Counted from the stretch's first letter, positions 10,316 through 20,080 are shown. The stretch: DNA of 64,000 nucleotides from a candidate division WS6 bacterium GW2011_GWF2_39_15 (GCA_000993565.1 LBWK01000001.1:492208-556207), one strand, 5' to 3'. Notes: a model not told the origin generated them from the sequence alone. Program-made: numbers and translations.

Positions 10316-10391
10316 TTTCCCTATGACTAAAATTCTATCTTTATAATAGATATCAGAGTATACTTCAGCGCTAAGCTATATCATTATAACT

Positions 10392-10871
10392 TTGACTATA
10401 ACCGGAGGCAGTACCTTACACAAAATATACTACGAAGTCCCTCCAAATGCTGTAAATGTTTGTGATATATTAAAGACCCAGATAGGAACGATAAAACAAG
10501 AACACTCAGTCTCTTCTGACCTCTACCTAGACTCAATCATTAGAATCCTTGAAGGAGGAGTTCTCCACACCGATGTAGACAATTTTCGAAACGGGCCGAA
10601 GGATTTGGAACGCACACTCAGACTCTGTGGAGCACTACTAGCATTGAACATATCTATGAGAGACGAAGATCCAGAGAGGAAAGCAAGGTCTACAGAGTAT
10701 TGCTCGAAGATGATAGAAGCTTCGGGAATACTATCTTTAAGACTAAGCAGTTCTCGCCTTGATACAGCACTTGAGATTGTCGCCGGATTTGAACATACTC
10801 TAATAGAACAAAAAGTAATTACAGAAGATGAGGCTGTTGCAGTAAAAATAGTAGAAGCCAGACGCTCTTGA
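10392..10871 (+). CDS. Hypothetical protein, probable paralog of the previous gene; start uncertain
   Basis: 159-aa ORF with TTG start. Confidence 0.6.
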   Translation: MTITGGSTLHKIYYEVPPNAVNVCDILKTQIGTIKQEHSVSSDLYLDSIIRILEGGVLHTDVDNFRNGPKDLERTLRLCGALLALNISMRDEDPERKARSTEYCSKMIEASGILSLRLSSSRLDTALEIVAGFEHTLIEQKVITEDEAVAVKIVEARRS

Positions 10872-10877
10872 TAGCTC

Positions 10878-12752
10878 CTACTTTTTCTCGATATTTATAA
10901 ATGTTACTCCACTTCCCTGTGGCGGAATCTGGAGATAACCAGGAGCCCGAAGATTATACATAGCCTTGAAATCCGATGCGGATACGGTTAGAACTCCCCT
11001 ATTTGTCCCAAACAATATATTTGTGGTCTGCCCTTTGCTATTAAACGATGCGGCGATCGAAGAGACAACCGTAACAGGACTCTTAAGAAGTGAAGCCAAT
11101 GCCTCTTTTGAATAAGGATTTCCACTCATTCCTGATATGTGACAGTCATTGATGGTAACCGGAATTATTCTTGAATAATCTACACTACCTTTCAACGGAT
11201 CATTATTATTAATAAGCCAGACATTTAGTATATCCGCCATCTCTTTGTTAGAAAGATAATTCCTATTATTCCCCGTTACATCTTTCTTCGAAGAGTTACA
11301 TACCGACCCATTAAGGAGGGTTGACCATGTTTTGTAAAACCAGGGACTATTGCCATAATTAACCCCTTCATAAGCATTGGGAGTCCAGTTACCCGTCCCC
11401 TGCTTATTTGTAGTATCCCATCCGGAAGTATTTAAATACCCTCCCGTAGTAGAAGAAAACTGAAAGTTTCCAGGACCGCCAGCCAATACCCATTTACTAG
11501 TATAATCTACGGCATTCCTCCATGCGGTAGCATTTACCTCCTTTTTGACTACCTGACAGCTTTGACTTGGACATATTGTCGGGCCTCCGCACTCCTTATG
11601 TGTGCTCGAATATCTAATTGCATAACTCCTTGCCGCAACAGACTGTGCTCTAAGAACCTCTGTCGGCCAGCTTGCAGGGACCTCATACAGGTGTTTTACA
11701 TAATCATCAATTGAAAAAGCCTGACAATTAAAAGTCTGTCCATATTCATTAGTTCCGTTAACATATATCTTAGAGGGGACGCCGTAGTTTTTATTCAGTG
11801 TTTCAGCCGGATAGTATGCTTTCAAAATCTGCTCGGCATTCTGCCCGGCTTTTGCCCTTCCATACGCCCCGTACTGGCTCATGCCATTTCTATGCGTGTA
11901 CGCACCAAAAGCAAAAACAGCAAAATTTCCGGAGGCAGCATTTGCCATGAATCCACTTTTTGAGGAAAGGTTATCTGCAGCTCCAGGCACATCACCGACT
12001 CCAAGTATTCCCCCTGCCGCTTTTGCTAGTAGAATCGCCTCTTGAAGCTGAGATATTTCCCCTTTTAAGGCGGTGATATCCGTACCTAGTCTTGTAGATA
12101 ATCCCCGTTTTTTGGACGCCTCTGCGAGCAGTGCATTACGCTGAGCCACCAGATCATTCTTAGACTTTTCCAAACCATTCTTCTCGCTTTCCAAATCTAC
12201 CTTATCCTTTTCTAATTCCATCTTCTCCTGCTTCATTTGTGCATAATTCTGAGAGAGAAGTTTCAGTTTATCAACGTAATCAAAACCGGAAAGTTTTCTA
12301 AGAAAAACCCCTTTTATTATATCCTCCACACTTTTATTCGCTAGTATATATTCCCAAAAACTGAACCGTGAGCTTTTATACAATTGGGCAGCTACGAGAT
12401 CGAGCTTCTCCTGTTCCTTAGATAGCTCACCTTCTTTTTGGGAAATAACATCAGATTTCAGTTTAATTTCTAACTGTGCAGACTTAATATACAAATCAAT
12501 CTCATCTAAAGCATCTTTCATAAGGGAGATCTTTTCATCAACACTCACACTGCTTCTATTTATCTCCGCAATCTCCTTTTTTATCTTATCCAACGCACTC
12601 TCCTTCTCTTTAACCGTCTGACTTTTCTCCTGGACTTCTTGCTCAAGATCATCTATATCTTCCGAGTATATAGGAAAGGAATATACGGTTAATGAATAGA
12701 TCAAGATAATAACAAGCGAGAGGACAGTTTTAATCGTCTTACTTACACACAT
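10878..12752 (-). CDS. SpoIID/LytB-domain peptidoglycan-lytic protein with long N-terminal coiled coil
   Basis: Signal peptide; coiled coil; HRNGMSQYGAYGRAKAGQNAEQILKAYYP; YEVPASWPTEVLRAQSVAARSYA. Confidence 0.85.
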   Translation of the reverse strand: MCVSKTIKTVLSLVIILIYSLTVYSFPIYSEDIDDLEQEVQEKSQTVKEKESALDKIKKEIAEINRSSVSVDEKISLMKDALDEIDLYIKSAQLEIKLKSDVISQKEGELSKEQEKLDLVAAQLYKSSRFSFWEYILANKSVEDIIKGVFLRKLSGFDYVDKLKLLSQNYAQMKQEKMELEKDKVDLESEKNGLEKSKNDLVAQRNALLAEASKKRGLSTRLGTDITALKGEISQLQEAILLAKAAGGILGVGDVPGAADNLSSKSGFMANAASGNFAVFAFGAYTHRNGMSQYGAYGRAKAGQNAEQILKAYYPAETLNKNYGVPSKIYVNGTNEYGQTFNCQAFSIDDYVKHLYEVPASWPTEVLRAQSVAARSYAIRYSSTHKECGGPTICPSQSCQVVKKEVNATAWRNAVDYTSKWVLAGGPGNFQFSSTTGGYLNTSGWDTTNKQGTGNWTPNAYEGVNYGNSPWFYKTWSTLLNGSVCNSSKKDVTGNNRNYLSNKEMADILNVWLINNNDPLKGSVDYSRIIPVTINDCHISGMSGNPYSKEALASLLKSPVTVVSSIAASFNSKGQTTNILFGTNRGVLTVSASDFKAMYNLRAPGYLQIPPQGSGVTFINIEKK

Positions 12753-12777
12753 ACCCTATTATACAGAAAATCTCTAT

Positions 12778-13098
12778 CTAGTTTCCGAGGAAGTCCAATA
12801 TCAGCTTTAATACACCGCTGAACAGGACAAGAAAGATTAATCCTAATATAGCCCAAGTTAAAGTTCCCTGAGCCTGTTTAACTTTCCCGGGATCACCTGA
12901 AGACATCATCCACATATAACCACCGTAAACAACCATTATCAAAGAGATTAAGGATCCGATAGGGATTAGAAGCTTAAAAACGCTATCAAGAATCCCTCCG
13001 ATCTCGTCTAATCTGGGAGGTGCTGCATATACCGCGTCTGGGACTAGTACCATTGAAAAGAGTGTTAATGAGGTTATAAATCCTTTAATCTTTTTCAT
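12778..13098 (-). CDS. VirB2/TrbC-like pilin
   Basis: YGGYMWMMSSGDPGKVKQAQGTLTWAILGL. Confidence 0.8.
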   Translation of the reverse strand: MKKIKGFITSLTLFSMVLVPDAVYAAPPRLDEIGGILDSVFKLLIPIGSLISLIMVVYGGYMWMMSSGDPGKVKQAQGTLTWAILGLIFLVLFSGVLKLILDFLGN

Positions 13099-13376
13099 TA
13101 TAATTGACCCAGTACATTATTTAAAATAAAGCGGATAATAAGGGGAGATATAAATACTATAATCAATCCTATCATAGCGTATATCACAGACTTCTGAGCT
13201 TTCTCAATCTTCCCCTCGTCTCCTACTGATAGTATATACTGAATTCCGGCACTCACCAATACTGCCACGGTAATTAATGCTGAAATCATTATAGCTAGAT
13301 TGAGAGTTCCCTTGACCATATCAATCAATGAACTATACCCCGTATTGTTAAGGGCAGACAGGTCAAAGAGATTCAT
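13098..13376 (-). CDS. VirB2/TrbC-like pilin
   Basis: AGIQYILSVGDEGKIEKAQKSVIYAMIGL. Confidence 0.8.
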   Translation of the reverse strand: MNLFDLSALNNTGYSSLIDMVKGTLNLAIMISALITVAVLVSAGIQYILSVGDEGKIEKAQKSVIYAMIGLIIVFISPLIIRFILNNVLGQL

Positions 13377-13385
13377 AATAGAGAG

Positions 13386-13423
13386 AATAAAAATAAGAGG
13401 CAGGAGAGTTTCCCCTCCTGCCT
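13386..13423 (-). terminator. Rho-independent terminator after the third pilin gene
   Basis: Minus strand AGGCAGGAG-GGGAAACT-CTCCTGCCT followed by CTTATTTTTATT. Confidence 0.8.
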
Positions 13424-13436
13424 TCCGATTACAACG

Positions 13437-13814
13437 TTAGACTTTCAAAAGCTGTGAAAGTACGAAGTTTACAACCAATACTGAGACAAAACATAGAACC
13501 AGTCCGACAATTGCATATGTAATACCCTTTGTTGCTTTCTCAATCTTTCCATCATCACCAGAAGCAACAATGTACTGAACACCGCTATAAACCAATACAC
13601 CAACAGCAATCAATGCTGCGAGGGCAATTGCAAGGTTTAATGCATTCTTGATAAATCCAATAAGATCGTTACCATTACCTGATGTTACAATTCCATCAAC
13701 AAATCCACTTGCGCTACTTGCTGCCATTACTGTTGCTGCGGCAAAGTATAAAGCTGATCCTAATGTGGATACTGTTGCTCCTACTTTTGTTACTACCTTC
13801 GCTAATTTATTCAT
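13437..13814 (-). CDS. VirB2/TrbC-like pilin, likely the major subunit
   Basis: SGVQYIVASGDDGKIEKATKGITYAIVGL; ATG at 13814 preferred over the track start at 13853; has its own promoter and terminator. Confidence 0.8.
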   Translation of the reverse strand: MNKLAKVVTKVGATVSTLGSALYFAAATVMAASSASGFVDGIVTSGNGNDLIGFIKNALNLAIALAALIAVGVLVYSGVQYIVASGDDGKIEKATKGITYAIVGLVLCFVSVLVVNFVLSQLLKV

Positions 13815-13853
13815 TGTTACTACTAATAAAATTAATATGTTATAGGTTGACAC

Positions 13854-13882
13854 ATTATATTATATGCAGTACCAATCTGCAA
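13854..13882 (-). promoter_or_regulatory. Sigma70-type promoter for pilin 13437..13814
   Basis: Minus strand TTGCAG, 17 nt spacer, TATAAT. Confidence 0.65.
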
Positions 13883-13885
13883 TAG

Positions 13886-14224
13886 CTAGACCTTTAATAC
13901 TTCGGTTAAAACAAAGATTATTATCATCTTAGCTACGAATATGATGATCATACCTACAATTGCGTTTGTAATAATTTTTTGAGACTGGTCTATTTTATCC
14001 GGATCTCCTGCTGCTGTAATCATAAGAATCCCTCCATATACAAGCAGTCCTACCAACACCAGAGCAGAGAGATTCACAGCGGTATTCACAACTGTCTGAA
14101 CCTTTCCAACCGTTCCCTCTACTGTCGTAAAAGAATCGCTTCCAAAAGGATTACTGATACCAAACCAACTGGCAAAGAGGCCCCCCTTTTTCTCTACATA
14201 CTTTTTTATCTCATTAATTTTCAT
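13886..14224 (-). CDS. VirB2/TrbC-like pilin
   Basis: YGGILMITAAGDPDKIDQSQKIITNAIVGM. Confidence 0.8.
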   Translation of the reverse strand: MKINEIKKYVEKKGGLFASWFGISNPFGSDSFTTVEGTVGKVQTVVNTAVNLSALVLVGLLVYGGILMITAAGDPDKIDQSQKIITNAIVGMIIIFVAKMIIIFVLTEVLKV

Positions 14225-14242
14225 TTATATCCTATTAAAATA

Positions 14243-14596
14243 TTAAGGATTTAAACCCGGAATATTTAATGTATTCCTTATTAACAATAGTATAGCAACT
14301 GAAAGAGCAATTAAAGCGAATCCAATAACCGCATTAGTAACGACCTCTCTTGCTTCATTCAGCTTCTCTGGATCACCCTGGCTGGTAATCATGTTATATC
14401 CTGCAAACGCAAAGAGAATAATTGCAGAAAGAACCCCCAGCGGAATTGCAAGCTTGACTAAAGCATTTACAAGTGACGGCAGATCCTGAGCATTGGTGAC
14501 CTCTGTAACGTTTCCGGATATCGCATTACTCAACGCATCCGCATAAACAGGCGAAGAAATTGCGTGAAAGATTTTTTCGAGTATGCTCTGTATCAT
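14243..14596 (-). CDS. VirB2/TrbC-like pilin
   Basis: AGYNMITSQGDPEKLNEAREVVTNAVIGF. Confidence 0.8.
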   Translation of the reverse strand: MIQSILEKIFHAISSPVYADALSNAISGNVTEVTNAQDLPSLVNALVKLAIPLGVLSAIILFAFAGYNMITSQGDPEKLNEAREVVTNAVIGFALIALSVAILLLIRNTLNIPGLNP

Positions 14597-14618
14597 ATTA
14601 TTAACAACGAATTATACA

Positions 14619-17606
14619 CTACAGAATAGCCTCTTCACAAACATCCTGATAATCGCAGTACATACAATGATGGGATTTAGGGATAGTGAAATCCCCGCTC
14701 CTGATCTTAGCAACGATTCCCTTGATCTTTTTAACCACATTATCTCTTCTCCTTGGCGTAATGCTTATATCCACTTTCTTCCCGTGCTCTACAAATACAT
14801 AGGATGCTTTATCTACTTTCAACCCCCATAACTCTTCGGCTACAATAGCGTAGAAAACCAGCTGCCAATTTGTATTGGCTTCCTTTTGTGATTTAGCCTT
14901 TCCCGTTTTATAATCCATAATCTCTACATGCCTAACCCCATCCTTAACCTCCAGCAAATCTATTCGGTCCACCTTTCCTAAGATTCTAAAATCAGCCATT
15001 CCAAACTTAAAACTTTTCTCTAAAAAGATCGGCCTTTCCTTTCCGGTATGGAACTCATCAAAAAATCTCTCTAGACCCATTCTCCCATACTCCAGCCTCT
15101 TCTTCTCATGTTCTCTTGATTCATACCCTTCAGACTGCCAGTATGTCTCGTACAAGTTAAGAAGCTCTTCTTTTGTAGGTTTCTCGATAAAACCTTCAAG
15201 GCCCTCAAGTGATGCCATCTGTTTTTCATAGAAGGTTCGGAGCGTGTTATGCACTGTATTTCCAAAAGACAGTGCTGAGTTCGGAGGAAGAGGAATTTTA
15301 AGAATGTAGCTGTATTTATACTGACGGGGACACATTTCATAGGAAGCAATCTGTGAATAGCTGAACTGGTTACTCACCTCAATTCCGGCTTTCTTGTAAT
15401 CTATAATGTCCGAGTTATCCTGCCTCTGAAAGATTTGAAACTCAGCGCTTCCTTCCTCTCCTTTGATAAGTTTAAGATCTTCATTTACATCCCTCCCGAG
15501 TGTCTCACTTAGAAATCCGCTCACCTTTCTAACTCTGCCTGCCCCGCTATATGACTGGGCAGCACTCAAGTATAGTTTATCCTTTGCCCTCGTCATACCG
15601 ACATAAAAGAGTCTTCTCTCTTCCTGTATATGTTCATCTACCTGATTGTCCTCCGGGATCACTTCCTTAATCAGATCATCAGGGATTGATAACCTTTCAA
15701 ACTTAGCACGGGTAGGGAATCTCTCATCAACAAGATTAACAAGAAATACAACAGGAAACTCCAGTCCCTTAGCTCCGTGTACTGTCATAATATTTACTCC
15801 GTCAAAATCCAGAAAGGCCTCTCCGTTCACGCTGGGGTTTTCCCCAATTTCAAGGCTGTAATCAAGGTAGTCAAGATAGTCGTAGATTGTTGCTCCGGGA
15901 TTATTTCTTTCAAACTCCTTAAGCATTTCAAAGTATTTACGAATATTCTCAACCCTAAACAGGTTTTTAGCAGACTCTTCCTTTACCAGATAGTCCTTCC
16001 AGCCGCTTTTATCAAAAAACTCAAAAAGTATCTGCCCTACCCCACGCCCTTCCTTTACCAGTTCAAAACTCTTATTTACCAATTTCACAATTTTATTGAT
16101 AGACGTTAAGGCCTCATTACCCAACTTTCTCCTTATTATCTCCCCTCCTTCATTTTTATCCACAACATCTTCAAAAAGTGTAAACACAGGAATATGCTTA
16201 AACCGGGCATACCTCATAATTTCAACCACTTCACGGGCACTAAGTGACCATACCGGCATACTTAAAATGTTAAACATGGAAACACTATGACTATAGTCAA
16301 CAACGAGACGAAGATACGACATTAGTACTTTGACTTCGTCCGTATTGTAAAGGCCTTTATACCCCCCAAACTTATACGGGATTCCGTTAAACCTCAATGC
16401 CTGCACAAAGTCATCACTCTGAGCATTGGCACGTACCAAAATCGCGATATCCGAGAAAGAGTACTTACTTTGTTTCTTTATCAGATCTAAAATCTCCTTT
16501 GCCACTAAATCCGCCTCACCTGAGCCGGACTGTGCAAGCAGAAGCTTCACACAGTCTTTTTCGCCTTTCTCATTATCTGCCTTTGCAATTAACCTTTTAC
16601 TTACCTGTTCAGTTACTTCCAGCCTATACGGATTATTGTTCTGAATTAGCCTATATGAGTTATCCAGAATTTCCTGTTTTGAACGGTAGTTCTCAGTTAG
16701 AACCACACGTTTAGCCGTTGGATACAGTTTCTTAAACTGAAGGATATTGGAAATAGCCGCTCCCCTGAACTTATATATTGACTGGTCGTCATCCCCTACA
16801 ACTGTAACATTGGCTTTGTTTGTATTAATCTTCTTTCCCTTCTCCGTATCCTCTCCAAGAGCCAGCATATTCACAAGCACATTCTGTGTATAGTTGGTGT
16901 CTTGAAACTCATCTACGAGAATATATTTAAACTTTTCGTGATATTTCTTGAGAATATTAGGCCTTTCTCTAAACAGCCTAAGAACAGTATTAATCAGGTC
17001 GCCAAAATCCAGTTTAGATTCCTTAAGTTTAAGCTCGGTAAAGAACTTATAGGTATTGGAAAGTTCCACCGCCTGTCTCTTATTCAGAGATTCCTCAACA
17101 CTCTCTGCCTTTAAGCTATTCGCATACTTAATATAATCATCAGGGGTAACATCTTCGTCCTGCAAACGGGAAAAATGGTTGAGAATCTGAGATATAAAGC
17201 CGCTGGGGTTGCCAAGAGGACGGAATATATCGAGCGGCATTTCGAATATATGCTTTCGAAATAGCATATACCCTTCGGCTTCAGTCATAAGCTTGAAGTT
17301 GGGATTAAGACCAATAAATATACCTTCCTGTTTAAGAACCTTGTCACAAAAGGAATGGAATGTTGATATCCAAACCTCCTCATAACCGTATGGCATTTCA
17401 ACATCTACCCTCTCCAGCATCTCTTTGCACGCTTTTTCAGTAAAGGTGAGAGCGAGAATCTCAGAGGCTTTTGCCCAGTCCTTCCTCATTATATTGACCA
17501 TTCTCTGCGTGATTACTGCTGTTTTTCCGGTACCAGCACCGGCAATAATAAGAAGAGGACCGGATTTGTGCTCTATAGCCTCCTGCTGAGATTTGTTTAA
17601 TTCCAT
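14619..17606 (-). CDS. UvrD/PcrA-family helicase fused to a C-terminal PD-(D/E)XK nuclease with 4-Cys Fe-S motif
   Basis: AGAGTGKT; LVDEFQDTN; VGDDDQSIYKFRG; TVHGAKGLEF; EERRLFYVGMTRA; CPRQY...GKVDRID...MDYKTG...CMYCDYQDVC. Confidence 0.92.
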   Translation of the reverse strand: MELNKSQQEAIEHKSGPLLIIAGAGTGKTAVITQRMVNIMRKDWAKASEILALTFTEKACKEMLERVDVEMPYGYEEVWISTFHSFCDKVLKQEGIFIGLNPNFKLMTEAEGYMLFRKHIFEMPLDIFRPLGNPSGFISQILNHFSRLQDEDVTPDDYIKYANSLKAESVEESLNKRQAVELSNTYKFFTELKLKESKLDFGDLINTVLRLFRERPNILKKYHEKFKYILVDEFQDTNYTQNVLVNMLALGEDTEKGKKINTNKANVTVVGDDDQSIYKFRGAAISNILQFKKLYPTAKRVVLTENYRSKQEILDNSYRLIQNNNPYRLEVTEQVSKRLIAKADNEKGEKDCVKLLLAQSGSGEADLVAKEILDLIKKQSKYSFSDIAILVRANAQSDDFVQALRFNGIPYKFGGYKGLYNTDEVKVLMSYLRLVVDYSHSVSMFNILSMPVWSLSAREVVEIMRYARFKHIPVFTLFEDVVDKNEGGEIIRRKLGNEALTSINKIVKLVNKSFELVKEGRGVGQILFEFFDKSGWKDYLVKEESAKNLFRVENIRKYFEMLKEFERNNPGATIYDYLDYLDYSLEIGENPSVNGEAFLDFDGVNIMTVHGAKGLEFPVVFLVNLVDERFPTRAKFERLSIPDDLIKEVIPEDNQVDEHIQEERRLFYVGMTRAKDKLYLSAAQSYSGAGRVRKVSGFLSETLGRDVNEDLKLIKGEEGSAEFQIFQRQDNSDIIDYKKAGIEVSNQFSYSQIASYEMCPRQYKYSYILKIPLPPNSALSFGNTVHNTLRTFYEKQMASLEGLEGFIEKPTKEELLNLYETYWQSEGYESREHEKKRLEYGRMGLERFFDEFHTGKERPIFLEKSFKFGMADFRILGKVDRIDLLEVKDGVRHVEIMDYKTGKAKSQKEANTNWQLVFYAIVAEELWGLKVDKASYVFVEHGKKVDISITPRRRDNVVKKIKGIVAKIRSGDFTIPKSHHCMYCDYQDVCEEAIL

Positions 17607-17623
17607 ATACTAAGTATACAATA

Positions 17624-18487
17624 TCATTCGCCAATAATCGCCCTCAGATTCTCTATCTCAACTCCTCTAGTGCTATCAGCCTTTAGCCCCGGAGTTTCAA
17701 GAATAAAAGGTATATCGTTAAGTTTAGGGTGGTTCACTATTGCCTTAATGGCTTCCTTCCCTATCTTTCCTTTTCCGAGATTGTCATGCCTATCCTTATG
17801 TGAATTTAATTCAACCATCGAGTCATTTAAATGAAAGCATTTGACATTTTCTAACCCTAAGTACTCATCAATCCTTTTTACAATATTTTCCAGATCTTTC
17901 ACCCAATCGTAACCTGATGCAAACATGTGCTGTGTGTCCAACACATACCCTACCCTCTTTTTATCTTCAACCCCGTCTCTCATTGAGGCTAATTCCTCAA
18001 GAGTATCCCCCATAATATTGCCTGACCCTGCAGATGATTCAAGTAGCAGCATCCCTTTCCCAGGCACCTGTTCAAGAATCCAGTTTAGCCCGTACTGAAT
18101 CCTTTTAATTCCGTCCTCAGGCGTAAGGTCTTTTGCGGAACCGGGATGAAAAGTGACTCCCAAAACTTCAAGTGTCTCTGCTCTTTTGGCTACTTCCTGA
18201 GCATATTTAAGATATGTAACTATAGACATCTTTCCAAGATGAAACATCTGTTTATCTGCTCTGGCCAGATTGATAAGGTAGATACCGTGTAAGAGAAGCT
18301 TCTTTACACCGGATTTCTTTTGCTCGGTTACAAATGCTTCTATCTGTTCCTCGGATATATCTTTCAATGCCCATCTCATAGGAGGTGTTGGCATTGTCTG
18401 TATACTATTTATTCCATATTTCTCTGCTTCTTTAATAGCGTTTTCATGCCCTCCGGCAGAAGTAACGTGTGCACCAAAATATCGCAT
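17624..18487 (-). CDS. nfo: Endonuclease IV (AP endonuclease family 2)
   Basis: GAHVT; HGIYLINL; FHPGS; LLLESSAG; LDTQHMFASGY; HLNDS; DRHDNLGKG; ILETP. Confidence 0.93.
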   Translation of the reverse strand: MRYFGAHVTSAGGHENAIKEAEKYGINSIQTMPTPPMRWALKDISEEQIEAFVTEQKKSGVKKLLLHGIYLINLARADKQMFHLGKMSIVTYLKYAQEVAKRAETLEVLGVTFHPGSAKDLTPEDGIKRIQYGLNWILEQVPGKGMLLLESSAGSGNIMGDTLEELASMRDGVEDKKRVGYVLDTQHMFASGYDWVKDLENIVKRIDEYLGLENVKCFHLNDSMVELNSHKDRHDNLGKGKIGKEAIKAIVNHPKLNDIPFILETPGLKADSTRGVEIENLRAIIGE

Positions 18488-18588
18488 TGTGTTTATATAT
18501 CCACAAACTTAAATATATTAAGTTTATCATTTATATACCCTCCCCTCTACATCATCTTAATTTCATTTCTATCCCGTACAATTAATAA

Positions 18589-19018
18589 ATGCCATACTTC
18601 AAAGATTTTAATAGCTGGAATAAATTGAAGATTAAACTAAATAGATCTAGACAAAACGTTCCCTTTTTTTAAAGAAAGAGAGGTATGGTGGGCATCAATA
18701 GGTGTCAATATTGGATTTGAAGAGGATGGAAAAGGAGCTCAATTTACACGCCCAGTATTAATATTGAAAAAATATAGCAAAGCCTTATTATTCGGAGTAC
18801 CTCTAACTCGTCAAAACAAAGAGAATCCCTACTACATTTCCATTGATGCGAAAGGAGAAAGGGTATCAGCTATGATTTCACAATTGAAAACATTAAGTTC
18901 CAAAAGACTTCTGAATAAAATATTTGAAGTAAGCGAAAGGGATTGGTATAAAATTACATCTGAATTGCTCAAAACTTTTTCTTTTACCTCCCCCCAGAGC
19001 GGGAGGAGTCGTGGCTAA
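18589..19018 (+). pseudogene. PemK/MazF-family endoribonuclease toxin gene split by a +1 frameshift at a T7 tract
   Basis: ATG 18589 MPYFKDFNSWNKLKIKLNRSRQNVPFF* (TAA 18670-72). The +1 frame continues KEREVWWASIGVNIGFEEDGKGAQFTRPVLILKKY and joins ORF 18764..19018 in frame. Confidence 0.8.
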
Positions 19019-19033
19019 TGCCAATTTGAGTAG

Positions 19034-19062
19034 ATTATACAAAATGAAAATAATCAAATCAA
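19034..19062 (-). promoter_or_regulatory. Antisense sigma70-type promoter pointing into the 3' end of the PemK-like gene
   Basis: Minus strand TTGATT (19062-19057), 17 nt spacer, TATAAT (19039-19034); no ORF downstream on that strand. Confidence 0.55.
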
Positions 19063-19075
19063 ATACATTCTTACC

Positions 19076-19666
19076 CTACAATGAATTCTTGTATTCATTT
19101 ATAACGTTTTGAGTATATTTCGAGTTTGGAAGAAACTTCCACCAGAATATCCTATTCATTGAATACAGTTTAAACAGAAATGTGAATATCCGGTTCCTGC
19201 TCATGTTTAAACTCCTGAAAAACCTGTCTGTACTTAGCTCTTCTATAGTATCTGCTTCAAAAAGGATTTGGGATACTTGAGGGTACTTCCCCGTCAAAAG
19301 GAAGTACCAGATAGGGAGGTTATGATCCCGAATTGCTCTTGCAGCTTTTTCAAGCCTTTTTGGGCTGACATATTCCTTCAATTCTCTTCTTACAATTTTC
19401 TCTGATTCATAGGCTTCCATTATCAAACCATAGAGTGTCCAGCCTTTGATTCTTGCTTTGTATGAATCGTGCCACCAGACGGAGATAGAAATAAGTTCTT
19501 TGTCAATTTCTTTTTCTAATCTCCCTTCCCTCTCTAATGACCTCATTATTTCTATAGCGTGCTTTTCAACTTCAGAAGCATGTTCATAATCATGTCCCCT
19601 GTTTATACCGTTTTTCATCCATATCTTTCCCAGTTCTATTGCTTTACCCTCATCATACTTCTCCAT
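19076..19666 (-). CDS. HD-domain phosphohydrolase
   Basis: GHDYEHA; WWHDSYK; RDHN; FEADT. Start set at ATG 19666, 7 nt below a TATAAT; the track ORF extends to 19729. Confidence 0.75.
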   Translation of the reverse strand: MEKYDEGKAIELGKIWMKNGINRGHDYEHASEVEKHAIEIMRSLEREGRLEKEIDKELISISVWWHDSYKARIKGWTLYGLIMEAYESEKIVRRELKEYVSPKRLEKAARAIRDHNLPIWYFLLTGKYPQVSQILFEADTIEELSTDRFFRSLNMSRNRIFTFLFKLYSMNRIFWWKFLPNSKYTQNVINEYKNSL

Positions 19667-19739
19667 ATCATTCATTATATCAAAGAGTATTATAAGTTGA
19701 TTAGATATGATAATAACTATATAATTCAAGTGTTTCTAT

Positions 19740-19831
<92 letters not shown>

Positions 19832-20080
19832 TATATTCACTGTATCGACAAGACCCACCTCCCTTCCTTAGGAAGGCTGATTGGGATTGAGTTATTTCCA
19901 CCTTAAAAACAGTGTTTTCAAAATAATAGCCAGGTGGATAAAAAGGCTAACAAGTGGTAGTTTTAAAAAGCTTTTGGTTTCATTAACTCTCCAACAGACA
20001 TCTCCAGACTTGTATAGCAATAAATTTGATAGAAAGAACCAGATATTGAATTTCTTTTCAAATTAAAAAAGCCTATACTT

